A DNA stretch of 59,881 nt from an uncultured Acidobacteriota bacterium (GTDB taxonomy: Bacteria; Acidobacteriota; UBA6911): positions 1 to 59,881 of the forward strand of contig CAZTHE010000007.1 of NCBI GenBank assembly GCA_964613495.1, read 5' to 3'. Made by a program: the position numbers and the translations under genes. The notes below the pieces were generated by a model. That model was not told where the DNA came from. It saw nothing but the letters and a program-made list of their open reading frames with translations, and did not search any database. The first letter of the stretch is position 1; each line of letters starts with the position of its first letter. Shown piece after piece: positions 29,406-37,393 of this stretch.

Positions 29406-29860
29406 AAGAACGTCCGAGAGCAATCGCCGCGTTAATCGCGGTGTTCCTTTTTGGCTGTCTGGTGGGTGCGGGAGGCGCCGCGATCTGGCTCAAGAAGGCT
29501 TCCGTTCCCGAGCAGGGGAGGATGGACTTCCGCGAGGGCCCGATGAAGAACGGTCCCATGCCGCGTCCGGAGCCGATGAATTTCAGGGAGCTTCTCCAGC
29601 TGACTCCCGAGCAGGACGAGGCGTTCAAGCAGATCCTGGGAGAATCCCGCAGGAAGATGACCGAGTTCCGCAAGGAAACGGATGAGTTTCACCGCGGGCA
29701 GGATGCGAGGATCCAGGATATCATCACCGAGATGAACCGCAGGCTGAACGCGGTTTTGGACGAGGGCCAGAAGAAGAAATTCGCCTCCTGGCAGAAGGAA
29801 TTCGAAAACAGGAGACGGCACCCCCCGCGCCGGCGGGATTTTCCCCCTCCGCCGGAATGA
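29402..29860 (+). CDS. Spy/CpxP-family periplasmic protein (LTXXQ motif)
   Basis: The GTG start overlaps the anti-sigma stop (GTGA). It has a TM/signal helix and LQLTPEQDEAFKQIL. The ORF-track start at 29249 overlaps the anti-sigma gene. Confidence 0.65.
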   Translation: MKERPRAIAALIAVFLFGCLVGAGGAAIWLKKASVPEQGRMDFREGPMKNGPMPRPEPMNFRELLQLTPEQDEAFKQILGESRRKMTEFRKETDEFHRGQDARIQDIITEMNRRLNAVLDEGQKKKFASWQKEFENRRRHPPRRRDFPPPPE

Positions 29861-29981
29861 ATCTCCGCTACGCCGCCGCTGCCGGCTATCGCCACGGAAG
29901 CCGCGGCCGCGGCGGGCTTCAGAGGCGCTGAATCCCCGTTTCTGACATCCGCCCGCTGCGTGGCTCCTTTTTTTGTGCGGT

Positions 29982-31040
29982 TTACCGGCCGGCAGTCCCG
30001 GCCCGGCATCCGAGCAGGATCTTGCGGAACAGCGAAGACGTCAGCGCCCCGTTGCATTCGGAAAGCGACGCCCAGCGGCAGCGGTCCGGGTTTCGCAGCC
30101 GCGGGGTTGCGGGGTCCTCCCGGCCGGCAAATCCCCACGCGGTGATCCGGTAATGCATGATGTCGTGGCGGACCCGGATGCACTCTGCCAGGGGAACGGG
30201 GCGGCCCAAAACACTCCTGCACAGCCTGGACGCAGCCTCCCGGGCACTTTCCCCGGCCTCGACCTCCAGGCAGGGAAGGGCCCATTCCCCCGGTATCATC
30301 GCGGGTTTCCGGGATGACGTCAGCAGGAGGCGGGGACCCTTCCGCAGGACCAGGACAGCGATCCGCGTCCGGTGAGGCGGACGCGAGGCCCGCGCCGCCG
30401 GGATGCGGCCCTGGATGCCGCGTTCCCTGGCCGCGCACATCGCCTGCACCGGGCATTCGGGGCAACCCGGATGCGACGGCACGCACACCGTTGCCCCCAG
30501 TTCCATCATCCCCTGGTTGAAATCCGAGGGCTTTTTCCTGGAGATCCAGGCTTCCATACGGTCCCAGAAGAATTTTTCCGGCGCGTCCCTCAGCCTACCT
30601 TCCAGCCGCAGGATGACGCGCCGGACATTCCCGTCTACCACGGGCCGCGGCTGGTTGAACGCAAGGGAGCAGATGGCGCCGGCCGTATACCGGCCGATCC
30701 CGGGGAGGGCCAGGATGGCCGCAAAATCCTCCGGGAAACTGCCGTGCCGCTCGAGGATCAGCCGCGCGGCGCGGCGCAGATTCCGCGCCCTGCCGTAATA
30801 GCCCAGCCCGGCCCAGAGGGCCACCACATCGCTTTCCGGGGCCGCGGCAAGCGATTCTACGTCGGGAAATCGTTCGAGAAACCGGAGGTAGTAGGGCACG
30901 GCCGCCCGGACCCGGGTCTGCTGCAGCATGATTTCCGATATCCAGACGCGATAGGGCGTTGGATTTTCCCGCCAGGGCAGCGGCCGGCGGTTCCGTCGGT
31001 ACCAGCCGAGCAGGGCACGCCGGAATCTCGATATTTCCAT
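29982..31040 (-). CDS. mutY: A/G-specific adenine DNA glycosylase
   Basis: 352 aa with LLGWYRRNRRPLPWRENPTPYRVWISEIMLQQTRV, an Fe-S cluster loop CVPSHPGCPECPVQAMC, and a C-terminal NUDIX-like domain. Confidence 0.9.
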   Translation of the reverse strand: MEISRFRRALLGWYRRNRRPLPWRENPTPYRVWISEIMLQQTRVRAAVPYYLRFLERFPDVESLAAAPESDVVALWAGLGYYGRARNLRRAARLILERHGSFPEDFAAILALPGIGRYTAGAICSLAFNQPRPVVDGNVRRVILRLEGRLRDAPEKFFWDRMEAWISRKKPSDFNQGMMELGATVCVPSHPGCPECPVQAMCAARERGIQGRIPAARASRPPHRTRIAVLVLRKGPRLLLTSSRKPAMIPGEWALPCLEVEAGESAREAASRLCRSVLGRPVPLAECIRVRHDIMHYRITAWGFAGREDPATPRLRNPDRCRWASLSECNGALTSSLFRKILLGCRAGTAGR

Positions 31041-31250
31041 TCTCTTGAGACCCTCCGCGGCCCCATTATGTAGCAGGTTTTCCCCCCGGATTCACGCAAT
31101 TCCGGAGCCTCCGATACCGCCGCGGATGCCCCTATCCGATTTTTTAATCAATGATGTAAATTGCTATTGCAATATTCTTATGAAACGACTAGCCTAAGCA
31201 GGCCAGTTCCTACTAATAGATTAGACGATTTAAAGACAAGGAGTGGTTAC

Positions 31251-31544
31251 TTGCCCAGAGACAACAGGAAAATCAAATCGAAGAAATCCCAGGTGCGGCC
31301 GCGGTGGACGAAGGAAGAGGTCGCGCTCCTGAGAAGGCTCTACCGCACGCACAGCAACGCCGAGATCGCGGGAATCCTGGGCCGCAAGGTGTCCTCCGTG
31401 GTGTTCAAGGGGCATCGCCTGGGCCTGGCCAAGGGCGCCCGCAGGCTGCGGGATATGGGGCGCGAAAACATCCGCAAACGCTGGGATCCGGTCAAGCGCA
31501 GGGCTTCCAGGAAGGCGGGAGCGTCCAAGGGCCGGGCGAAATAG
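31251..31544 (+). CDS. small basic protein with GcrA-N-terminal-like (Myb/SANT-like) DNA-binding domain
   Basis: A TTG start lies 8 nt after AAGGAG. WTKEEVALLRRLYRTHSNAEIAGILGRKVSSVVFKGHRLGL parallels the GcrA N-domain pattern W-T-x-E...L...S...IA..LG...R.AV.GK.HRLGL. The tail is Lys/Arg-rich. Confidence 0.5.
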   Translation: MPRDNRKIKSKKSQVRPRWTKEEVALLRRLYRTHSNAEIAGILGRKVSSVVFKGHRLGLAKGARRLRDMGRENIRKRWDPVKRRASRKAGASKGRAK

Positions 31545-31586
31545 CCCGGCTGCCCGCCCGCACCCGGGGTCGCCGAAGCGGTTTCC

Positions 31587-31910
31587 ATGGCTGGAGGAGA
31601 ACAAACCGTGCAGGAAAAGACCGTTTGGGAAACGATCAAGGGTCAGGGGATCGAGCTGCTGGACAGTCTGAAGCAGATTGTCCACGAAGGGAATGCGCGG
31701 CGGATCGTCGTCAAACAGGAAAACAGGGTCGTTGCGGAATTTCCCCTGACGGCGGGGGTGGTAGGGACCCTTCTGGCCCCCGTGCTCGCGGCCATAGGCG
31801 CCCTCGTGGCGCTGTTGAAGGATTGTTCCATCGATGTGGAGCGCTCCGCCCCTGATTCCAGGGCGGAGCGTCCCGTCCCGGGCAATCCACCCGCAGACCC
31901 CCCGGCCTGA
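31587..31910 (+). CDS. DUF4342-like protein
   Basis: 107 aa with GNARRIVVKQENRVVAEFPLTAGVVGTLLAPVLAAIGALVALL, typical of DUF4342. Confidence 0.6.
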   Translation: MAGGEQTVQEKTVWETIKGQGIELLDSLKQIVHEGNARRIVVKQENRVVAEFPLTAGVVGTLLAPVLAAIGALVALLKDCSIDVERSAPDSRAERPVPGNPPADPPA

Positions 31911-31932
31911 GAGTCTCGGGCCGTTTCTTTTT
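31903..31932 (+). terminator. weak intrinsic terminator candidate
   Basis: CGGCC-11 nt-GGCCG followed by TTTCTTTTT, overlapping the stop of the DUF4342 gene. Confidence 0.3.
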
Positions 31933-32072
31933 CCGTATGCCTCCAGGCCATGATCCGGGGCGGGAGCGGACGGCAGGCTCCATCCGGCAATGATTGCAGT
32001 GTCAGGCGGGAGCGCGTCCGGGAGCGATTGCCGGACCCGTAAGACCGTGGCGCGGCCTGGCTCAAAAGCCCG

Positions 32073-32513
32073 TCACTCGGTTCCGGCGATTGAGCGGCGC
32101 CGCATCAGCCGGGACTCGAACACCAGGTAGAGGGCCGGAATCAGCAGCAGTGCGTCCCGCAGAATAGTCCACGCCGAGATAGGTTCGTCCAGCCCGAAAC
32201 ATCCGCAATTCGCCTCGATGCCGCGCAGGGCCGTGATCGAGAGGACCGCCGTGAAGAGGAGCAGGAGTGCGGCTGCCGCGGCCGCGGAGACGCGGATCTT
32301 CCATCCGGTGACGATGGCCGCGCCGAGCAGGATTTCCGCCCAGGGGAGATACTTCGCCAGCGGGAATACGAAGTTTTCCGGGATCAGTCGGTAGCCCGTG
32401 ATCGCCACCGCGAACTGGAGCGGTTCCTGGACTTTTATATAGCCGCTGTAGACAAAAACCCCGGCCAGTATCAAGCGGAACAGCCAGTGGAGCGTTCGTG
32501 CGGTCGGGGTCAT
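32073..32513 (-). CDS. MauE/DoxX-family membrane protein
   Basis: 146 aa with about 4 TM helices. It has ILAGVFVYSGYIKVQEP ... and a CGCFG motif. The start ATG overlaps the stop of the upstream DsbA-like gene (ATGA). The ORF-track start at 32762 is inside that gene. Confidence 0.7.
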   Translation of the reverse strand: MTPTARTLHWLFRLILAGVFVYSGYIKVQEPLQFAVAITGYRLIPENFVFPLAKYLPWAEILLGAAIVTGWKIRVSAAAAAALLLLFTAVLSITALRGIEANCGCFGLDEPISAWTILRDALLLIPALYLVFESRLMRRRSIAGTE

Positions 32514-33124
32514 TTTACGATGGCGTCGAGAAATTGTTTGAGGACCGGATAGGTGACGAGCCCCTCCGCCTTCTGCTGCTTGCCGGCATAGCGGAGGAAC
32601 ATGGTGGGTGTGGAACGGAGTCCCTTGATGGTGGAAAACTTGAGTTCCCTGTCGATGGCCAGGTCGACGGCCGGCTCCCGGAGGATCCTCTTCAACGTCT
32701 GAAAATCCTGCAGGGACAGCGCCTTGGCAACCCAGGTTTCCATCCTGCCGTTCTGGGCCCATTGCGACTGGTTCAGGAACAGCGCGTCCATGACGGCCAG
32801 CAGCTGCTTCGTCCCCATGCGGGCCGCGGCTCCGGCATACCGGGCGGCATCCCGCGAATATTTGTGGCCCTGCAGCGGGATCTCATGGTAGACGACGCGC
32901 ACCTTGTTCCCGGCCGCGTAGTCCCGCAGCACCAGCTTGATGGTGCCGAGGTAGAATTCCCGGCAGGCCGAGCACTGGAAATCGGAAAAGACATTTATCT
33001 GCACCGGGGCGTTTGCCGCCCCTCCCAGGACGTGACCGAACGAGCCGAAGTCCTGTTGCGCCGCCGCGGGCCAACTCAGGGCCATCAGGCTAATCCACAG
33101 CAATATCCTGGATGCGCGCACCAT
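32510..33124 (-). CDS. DsbA-family thiol:disulfide oxidoreductase (secreted)
   Basis: 204 aa with a signal peptide and FSDFQCSACREFY (CxxC). Confidence 0.8.
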   Translation of the reverse strand: MVRASRILLWISLMALSWPAAAQQDFGSFGHVLGGAANAPVQINVFSDFQCSACREFYLGTIKLVLRDYAAGNKVRVVYHEIPLQGHKYSRDAARYAGAAARMGTKQLLAVMDALFLNQSQWAQNGRMETWVAKALSLQDFQTLKRILREPAVDLAIDRELKFSTIKGLRSTPTMFLRYAGKQQKAEGLVTYPVLKQFLDAIVK

Positions 33125-33265
33125 AGTTTGACCTCAAGAGGGCGGCCGGTCCCCCGGCCTGCGTCCTATCGCCCCGCGTAGGATAGCAATTTCTCGCAGG
33201 CCGGACAAACCTTTCTTCGCCCATCCGCGAGGATGCCGGCGCCGCCCGGAAGTCGCATCTGATTT

Positions 33266-33321
33266 TCAATCCGGAATCTGGATTCTGAAATCCTGGATCT
33301 GGAATTTGGAATCTGGAATCG
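33266..33321. repeat. heptamer-repeat locus 5 (about 8 units, GGAATCT orientation)
   Basis: CAATCCGGAATCTGGATTCTGAAATCCTGGATCTGGAATTTGGAATCTGGAATCGA, ending 6 nt before the PilZ gene stop. Confidence 0.85.
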
Positions 33322-33326
33322 AAAGT

Positions 33327-33671
33327 TCACCGGCTCTGACGCACCTGGCGCAGGCGGAATTGAATCAGGTGTTCGGGTTTGAACCTGCGGCGCGACCAGC
33401 GATACCCCTGCTCGAATTCCACCCCGAGGAGGTAGCCGGTCTTATCCTGTTTGCAGTACTTGATGCGGGCCTCGCAGTGTTCGCTCTTGAAGTCCAGCGA
33501 TACGGCCGTGCCGGCCGCAATCGGTTCCTCGAACTCGAGGCAGGCCCCGGACGGCGAGATGTCCTCCAGGATGGCCCATTCGCTGCGGGCGGGCCCGAAA
33601 TCGGGTTTCCAGTACACGCGAACCAGGTCTGCGCAAAGCTCTCTGTCGTAGTCTCTTCTGTCGGCTCTCAC
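33327..33671 (-). CDS. PilZ domain protein
   Basis: 114 aa with a GTG start. It has RRDYDR (RxxxR) and LEDISPSGACL (DxSxxG). Confidence 0.6.
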   Translation of the reverse strand: MRADRRDYDRELCADLVRVYWKPDFGPARSEWAILEDISPSGACLEFEEPIAAGTAVSLDFKSEHCEARIKYCKQDKTGYLLGVEFEQGYRWSRRRFKPEHLIQFRLRQVRQSR

Positions 33672-33740
33672 GATCTAATTATCGGCAGAAAAGCTCAATA
33701 ATTTAGGGCTGAATTTCCCGGCCCGCCAGATTGCAGCAAA

Positions 33741-33777
33741 GGGATTTGATTCCAGATTCCAGAATCCGGATTCCCGA
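33741..33777. repeat. heptamer-repeat locus 6 (AGATTCC orientation, ends in the 12-bp palindrome GAATCCGGATTC)
   Basis: GGGATTTGATTCCAGATTCCAGAATCCGGATTCCCGA. Confidence 0.8.
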
Positions 33778-33857
33778 TGGCGAATGACCGGTCGGTCCCG
33801 AATAATCCTTCGTCCCGACCCGACTCACGGTTGCCCAAATCGGTGCCCCGCAGGCTT

Positions 33858-33890
33858 ATCTGGAATCTGAAATCTGGAATCTGAAATCCG
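33858..33890. repeat. heptamer-repeat locus 7 (GGAATCT orientation)
   Basis: ATCTGGAATCTGAAATCTGGAATCTGAAATCCG. It is inverted relative to locus 6, which lies 80 nt away. Confidence 0.8.
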
Positions 33891-33915
33891 TCTCCAACGG
33901 TCCGCGGCCGAAGCG

Positions 33916-34416
33916 CTACTTCAGCGCCGCGAGAGCCTTGGCGTAGTCGGGTTCCTGGGCTATTTCGGGCACCTGTTCCGTGTGCACGACAATCCCTTTT
34001 TCATTCACCACGACGATCGCCCTCGAGAGCAGGCCTTCCAGCGGTCCGTCCACGATGCGGACGCCGTAGGCGTCGCTGAAACTCGAATCGCGGTATTCCG
34101 AGACGGGGATGACATTTTCCAGCCCTTCCGCGGCGCAAAAACGCTTCTGGGCAAACGGCAGGTCCCGGGATATGCACAGGACGGCCACTCCGGGGAGGCC
34201 GGAAGCCTCGGCGTTGAAGCGCCGAACGGATGCGGCGCACACGGAGGTGTCGATGCTGGGGAAGATGTTCAGAACCACCCGCTTGCCCTTGAAGTCGCCC
34301 AGGGACACCGGGGTGAGATCCGTTTTGATGGCGCGGAAGTCCGGTGCGCCGGATCCGACTTCCGGGAGGCTGCCGGCGGTATGAATCGGGTTTCCTTTGA
34401 ACGCGATCTGTGCCAT
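33916..34416 (-). CDS. tpx: thiol peroxidase (atypical 2-Cys peroxiredoxin)
   Basis: 166 aa with GNPIHTAGSLPEVGSGAPDF ... VLNIFPSIDTSVCAASVRRFN. Confidence 0.9.
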   Translation of the reverse strand: MAQIAFKGNPIHTAGSLPEVGSGAPDFRAIKTDLTPVSLGDFKGKRVVLNIFPSIDTSVCAASVRRFNAEASGLPGVAVLCISRDLPFAQKRFCAAEGLENVIPVSEYRDSSFSDAYGVRIVDGPLEGLLSRAIVVVNEKGIVVHTEQVPEIAQEPDYAKALAALK

Positions 34417-34537
34417 GAAGTTCCTTTCTTGATTTTAGTGAATATCCGTCGCATGCCGGTTAGGATCGAGCAACCATGCACGGGCCGGGATGGGCGCTTC
34501 CGCGGCGGCAGCGCCATCCCGGCCGAGGTTTCGTCGA

Positions 34538-36379
34538 TCAGAAAGAATCGGTGATCCGGGACGGGCCTTCCTTGACGTTTTCCGCGGGATTGCGGCCCAC
34601 GATGTAGTCGCCCGTCACCATTTCGCGGTACCCCATGCCCGGTCCCACCATGGGGTAGACGCAGGCGTCCGGGTCGATCATGACTTCGAGAAACGCGGGT
34701 CCCTTGAAGGCCACGAATTCCCTCAGCATCTCCTTCAGCCTTGCCTTGTCGGTCACCCGGGCGGCGAATTCGAATCCATCGGCCTGGGCCGTCTTGACGA
34801 AATCCTTGACCCGCAGGGACTTGTCCGATCCCGAGAAACGCTTTCCGAAGTAGATTTTCTGCCACTGCCGCACCATGCCGTCCCCGAGGTTGTTGAGAAC
34901 CAGGATCTTGACCGGCAGGCCGTAGGTTGTCGCCGTCTCGAGTTCGCCCAGGTTCATGCGCATGCTGCCGTCGCCGTCGATATCGACGACCAGCCGGTCG
35001 GGATAGGCCATCTGGGCGCCGATGGCTGCGGGCAGCCCGAATCCCATGGTGCCCATGGAGCCGGAAGTCAGGAAAGACCGCGGGTGTTTCACCTGCAGGT
35101 ATTGGGCGGCCCACATCTGGTGCTGTCCCACGCCGGTACACATGATGGCGTCCCCGCACGTGATCTCGTTGAGGCACTCGATCACGTAAGGCGGCTGAAT
35201 GGCCTCGCTCTCGCGGTTGTAGTTGAGGACGTGGTTTTTCTTGAGTTCCGCCACATGGGCCAGCCACCCGGAAAAATCCTTGCGGAAACTCCCGCTGCCG
35301 CGCATCAGGTCGCCGAGCGCCTCGCGCGCGGATCCGACGTGAAACCAGTTGACCGACTTGACCTTGCCGATCTCGGCGTCGTCGATGTCGATATGCGCGA
35401 AGAAGCGCGCGTGCGGGGCGAATTCCTGAACCTTGCCGGCCACGCGGTCGTCGAAGCGCGCCCCGATCGTGATGAGGAAATCACAATCCACGACGGCGTA
35501 ATTGGCGTACGCCATGCCGTGCATGCCCAGCATGTGGAGCGAAAGCGGGTCCGTCGTGTCCACCGCGCCGATGCCCATCAGGGTCGTCACGACCGGTATC
35601 TGGAACCGCCTCGAGAATTCGCGCAACGGTTCCGCCGCGTCACCGCAAATGATCCCGCCGCCCGCGCAGATGAGCGGACGCTCGCTCCGCCCGAGCAGGT
35701 CGAAGAATTCCGCGCAATCTTCCTCCGTCAGCCGCGCCCGGGAGAGGGCTTGCATCCGGTTCTCATATCCCCGGAAGCGGTAGGTGCCTTCGCCCTTGAA
35801 TACCCCCTCCCAGTTCTGAACGTCTTTGGGGACATCGATGACGACCGGGCCGGGTCGTCCGCTCTGCGCGATTTCGAACGCGGTGCGCACGATGCTCTCC
35901 AACTGCTCCGGCTCCTCGACGAGGAACACGTGCTTGGCGCAGGAACTCATGACGTTGAAGACCGGCGCTTCCTGGAAGGCGTCGGTGCCGATGGCGTTCC
36001 GGGCAACCTGTCCGCAGATCAGCACGACCGGCACGGAGTCCGCCATGGAGTCGCGAATGGGAGTGACGCTGTTGGTGGCGGCGGGTCCGGACGTGACGAT
36101 GAAGACGCCGACCTTTCCGCTGGCCCGGGCATATCCGGCCGCCATGAAGCCCGCGCCCTGCTCGTTTGCGGGCACGATCAACTGGATCTGTTCGCTGCGG
36201 TTCGTCTCGTGTTCGACGTTGTAACGGAAAATGGCGTCGTAGGTGGGGAGGATGGCTCCCCCGGTATAGCCGAAGACGGTGTCGACTCCCTCCTGCGCGA
36301 GGACCTCTATGATCATTTCGGCGCCGGACATGCGCTTGCCGGCGAGCGGGTGGCATCCCTTTTTAATCTCTGCGTTCAT
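34538..36379 (-). CDS. ilvB: acetolactate synthase (AHAS) large catalytic subunit
   Basis: 613 aa. ThDP-enzyme motifs are GAEMIIEVLAQEGVDTVFGYTGGAILP, GPAATNSVTPIRDSMADSVPVVLICGQV and GSMGFGLPAAIGAQ...DGDGSMRMNLGEL. It starts 27 nt downstream of ilvN. Confidence 0.9.
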   Translation of the reverse strand: MNAEIKKGCHPLAGKRMSGAEMIIEVLAQEGVDTVFGYTGGAILPTYDAIFRYNVEHETNRSEQIQLIVPANEQGAGFMAAGYARASGKVGVFIVTSGPAATNSVTPIRDSMADSVPVVLICGQVARNAIGTDAFQEAPVFNVMSSCAKHVFLVEEPEQLESIVRTAFEIAQSGRPGPVVIDVPKDVQNWEGVFKGEGTYRFRGYENRMQALSRARLTEEDCAEFFDLLGRSERPLICAGGGIICGDAAEPLREFSRRFQIPVVTTLMGIGAVDTTDPLSLHMLGMHGMAYANYAVVDCDFLITIGARFDDRVAGKVQEFAPHARFFAHIDIDDAEIGKVKSVNWFHVGSAREALGDLMRGSGSFRKDFSGWLAHVAELKKNHVLNYNRESEAIQPPYVIECLNEITCGDAIMCTGVGQHQMWAAQYLQVKHPRSFLTSGSMGTMGFGLPAAIGAQMAYPDRLVVDIDGDGSMRMNLGELETATTYGLPVKILVLNNLGDGMVRQWQKIYFGKRFSGSDKSLRVKDFVKTAQADGFEFAARVTDKARLKEMLREFVAFKGPAFLEVMIDPDACVYPMVGPGMGYREMVTGDYIVGRNPAENVKEGPSRITDSF

Positions 36380-36406
36380 TTGTTTTATCCCTTTCCCAAA
36401 TCCAGT

Positions 36407-36976
36407 TTATCGCGTAGCCGGCGCGTCTGCAGCGCCGTTCCCGTTGATTTTGCCGGCCAGGTTGCGGTTCAGGGCGACTTTCCCGGTCCGCACCATCTCG
36501 TCGATGCCGTAAGGGCGCACGACGTCGAGAAACGCTTCCACCTTGCCGGAGTCGCCGGTGACTTCGAACACGTAGTTTTCGGGGGTCGCCGTGACGACAC
36601 GGGCCCGAAAAATCTCCGCCTCGGTCAGCAGCGTGGTCCTTTTCCCCTCAGGCGCCCGGACGCGAACGAGGATCAGTTCCCGTTCGACACAATTCATGTC
36701 GGTCAGGTCCGCTGCTTCCACCGTATTCGGAAGCTTGTTGACCTGTTTCAAGATCTGCTGGGCCAGGAGCGGCTCGCATCGTACGACCATGGTTATCCGG
36801 GAGAGGCCGGGATCGGAACTGCCGGCCACCGTAAGGCTTTCGATGTTGTAGCCGCGCGCGCTGAAGAGTCCCGCGATCCGGGAGAGTACTCCGAACCGGT
36901 TCTCGACGAGAATCGAAAGCGTGCGCGTGCCTCTCGGGCCATCGGTTTTCGAAGTCTGTGAACTGGCATCTGTCAT
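36407..36976 (-). CDS. ilvN: acetolactate synthase small regulatory subunit
   Basis: 189 aa with the ACT domain RTLSILVENRFGVLSRIAGLFSARGYNIESLTVAGSSDPGLSRITMVV. AGGAGA lies 10 nt upstream of the ATG at 36976. The ORF-track start at 37273 reads through the leader region. Confidence 0.88.
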   Translation of the reverse strand: MTDASSQTSKTDGPRGTRTLSILVENRFGVLSRIAGLFSARGYNIESLTVAGSSDPGLSRITMVVRCEPLLAQQILKQVNKLPNTVEAADLTDMNCVERELILVRVRAPEGKRTTLLTEAEIFRARVVTATPENYVFEVTGDSGKVEAFLDVVRPYGIDEMVRTGKVALNRNLAGKINGNGAADAPATR

Positions 36977-37008
36977 GGTGTGTGTCTCCTGTACAATTTT
37001 TCGTTTCA

Positions 37009-37050
37009 TAAAACAAAAAGGGCCGTCAGCCCGGTTCGGGTGACGGCCCC
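37009..37050 (-). terminator. intrinsic terminator of the ilv leader (attenuator terminator)
   Basis: On the minus strand: GGCCGTCACCCGAACCGGGCTGACGGCC (outer stem GGCCGTCA/TGACGGCC, inner CCCG/CGGG) followed by CTTTTTGTTTTAT. It lies 33 nt upstream of the ilvN ATG. Confidence 0.7.
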
Positions 37051-37083
37051 AAAAATCCCATTTTGCCGCCGTCACCCGAACCG
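37032..37083 (-). promoter_or_regulatory. antiterminator (15-bp perfect alternative pairing) of the ilv attenuator
   Basis: On the minus strand, CGGTTCGGGTGACGG (37083-37069) is perfectly complementary to CCGTCACCCGAACCG (37046-37032), which is the 5' half of the terminator hairpin. Confidence 0.65.
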
Positions 37084-37173
37084 TGCAATTCCGGTAAGGA
37101 TGCTTACATTTACTATGAGTACGATTCCTACGATGACGGGCAGTAGAATACCTCGAAGGATGCAATTCCTCAT
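37072..37173 (-). CDS. candidate ilv leader peptide, 33 aa (MRNCILRGILLPVIVGIVLIVNVSILTGIARFG)
   Basis: Found by hand translation; it is below the ORF-track length cut-off. It has 7 Ile, 5 Leu and 5 Val in 33 codons, many of them AT-rich codons (ATT, ATA, CTA, GTA) unusual for this GC-rich DNA. The TGA stop (37074-37072) lies inside the antiterminator 5' arm. No clear SD precedes the ATG. Confidence 0.55.
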   Translation of the reverse strand: MRNCILRGILLPVIVGIVLIVNVSILTGIARFG

Positions 37174-37248
37174 CTGGGAAAATGAAGAGACCATGCTCAA
37201 CCCGTCCGCTTGCCCTTCTCGTTGCGCCTCTGCTAAACAGTAGGAATA

Positions 37249-37278
37249 AGCCTAGCAGGCGGCGTTTGTGCATGTCAA
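37249..37278 (-). promoter_or_regulatory. candidate sigma70-type promoter of the ilv leader/ilvNB operon
   Basis: On the minus strand: TTGACA (37278-37273), an 18-nt spacer, then TAGGCT (37254-37249). It lies about 75 nt upstream of the leader ATG. Confidence 0.3.
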
Positions 37279-37393
37279 CGGAAAATAACGGCGGGCCAAA
37301 GGTCTCCCCGCACGAAGGAATTTCCCTGTATTATTCGCGTGACGCATCGCATGCCGGGCGGTTTTGCGCGAAGCGATGCCAGGGGGGTGAGAC

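Noticed and set aside
34490-36961. 823-aa ORF on the plus strand
   Set aside because: It is antisense to ilvB and ilvN. It has no domain signal and is a GC-skewed shadow frame.
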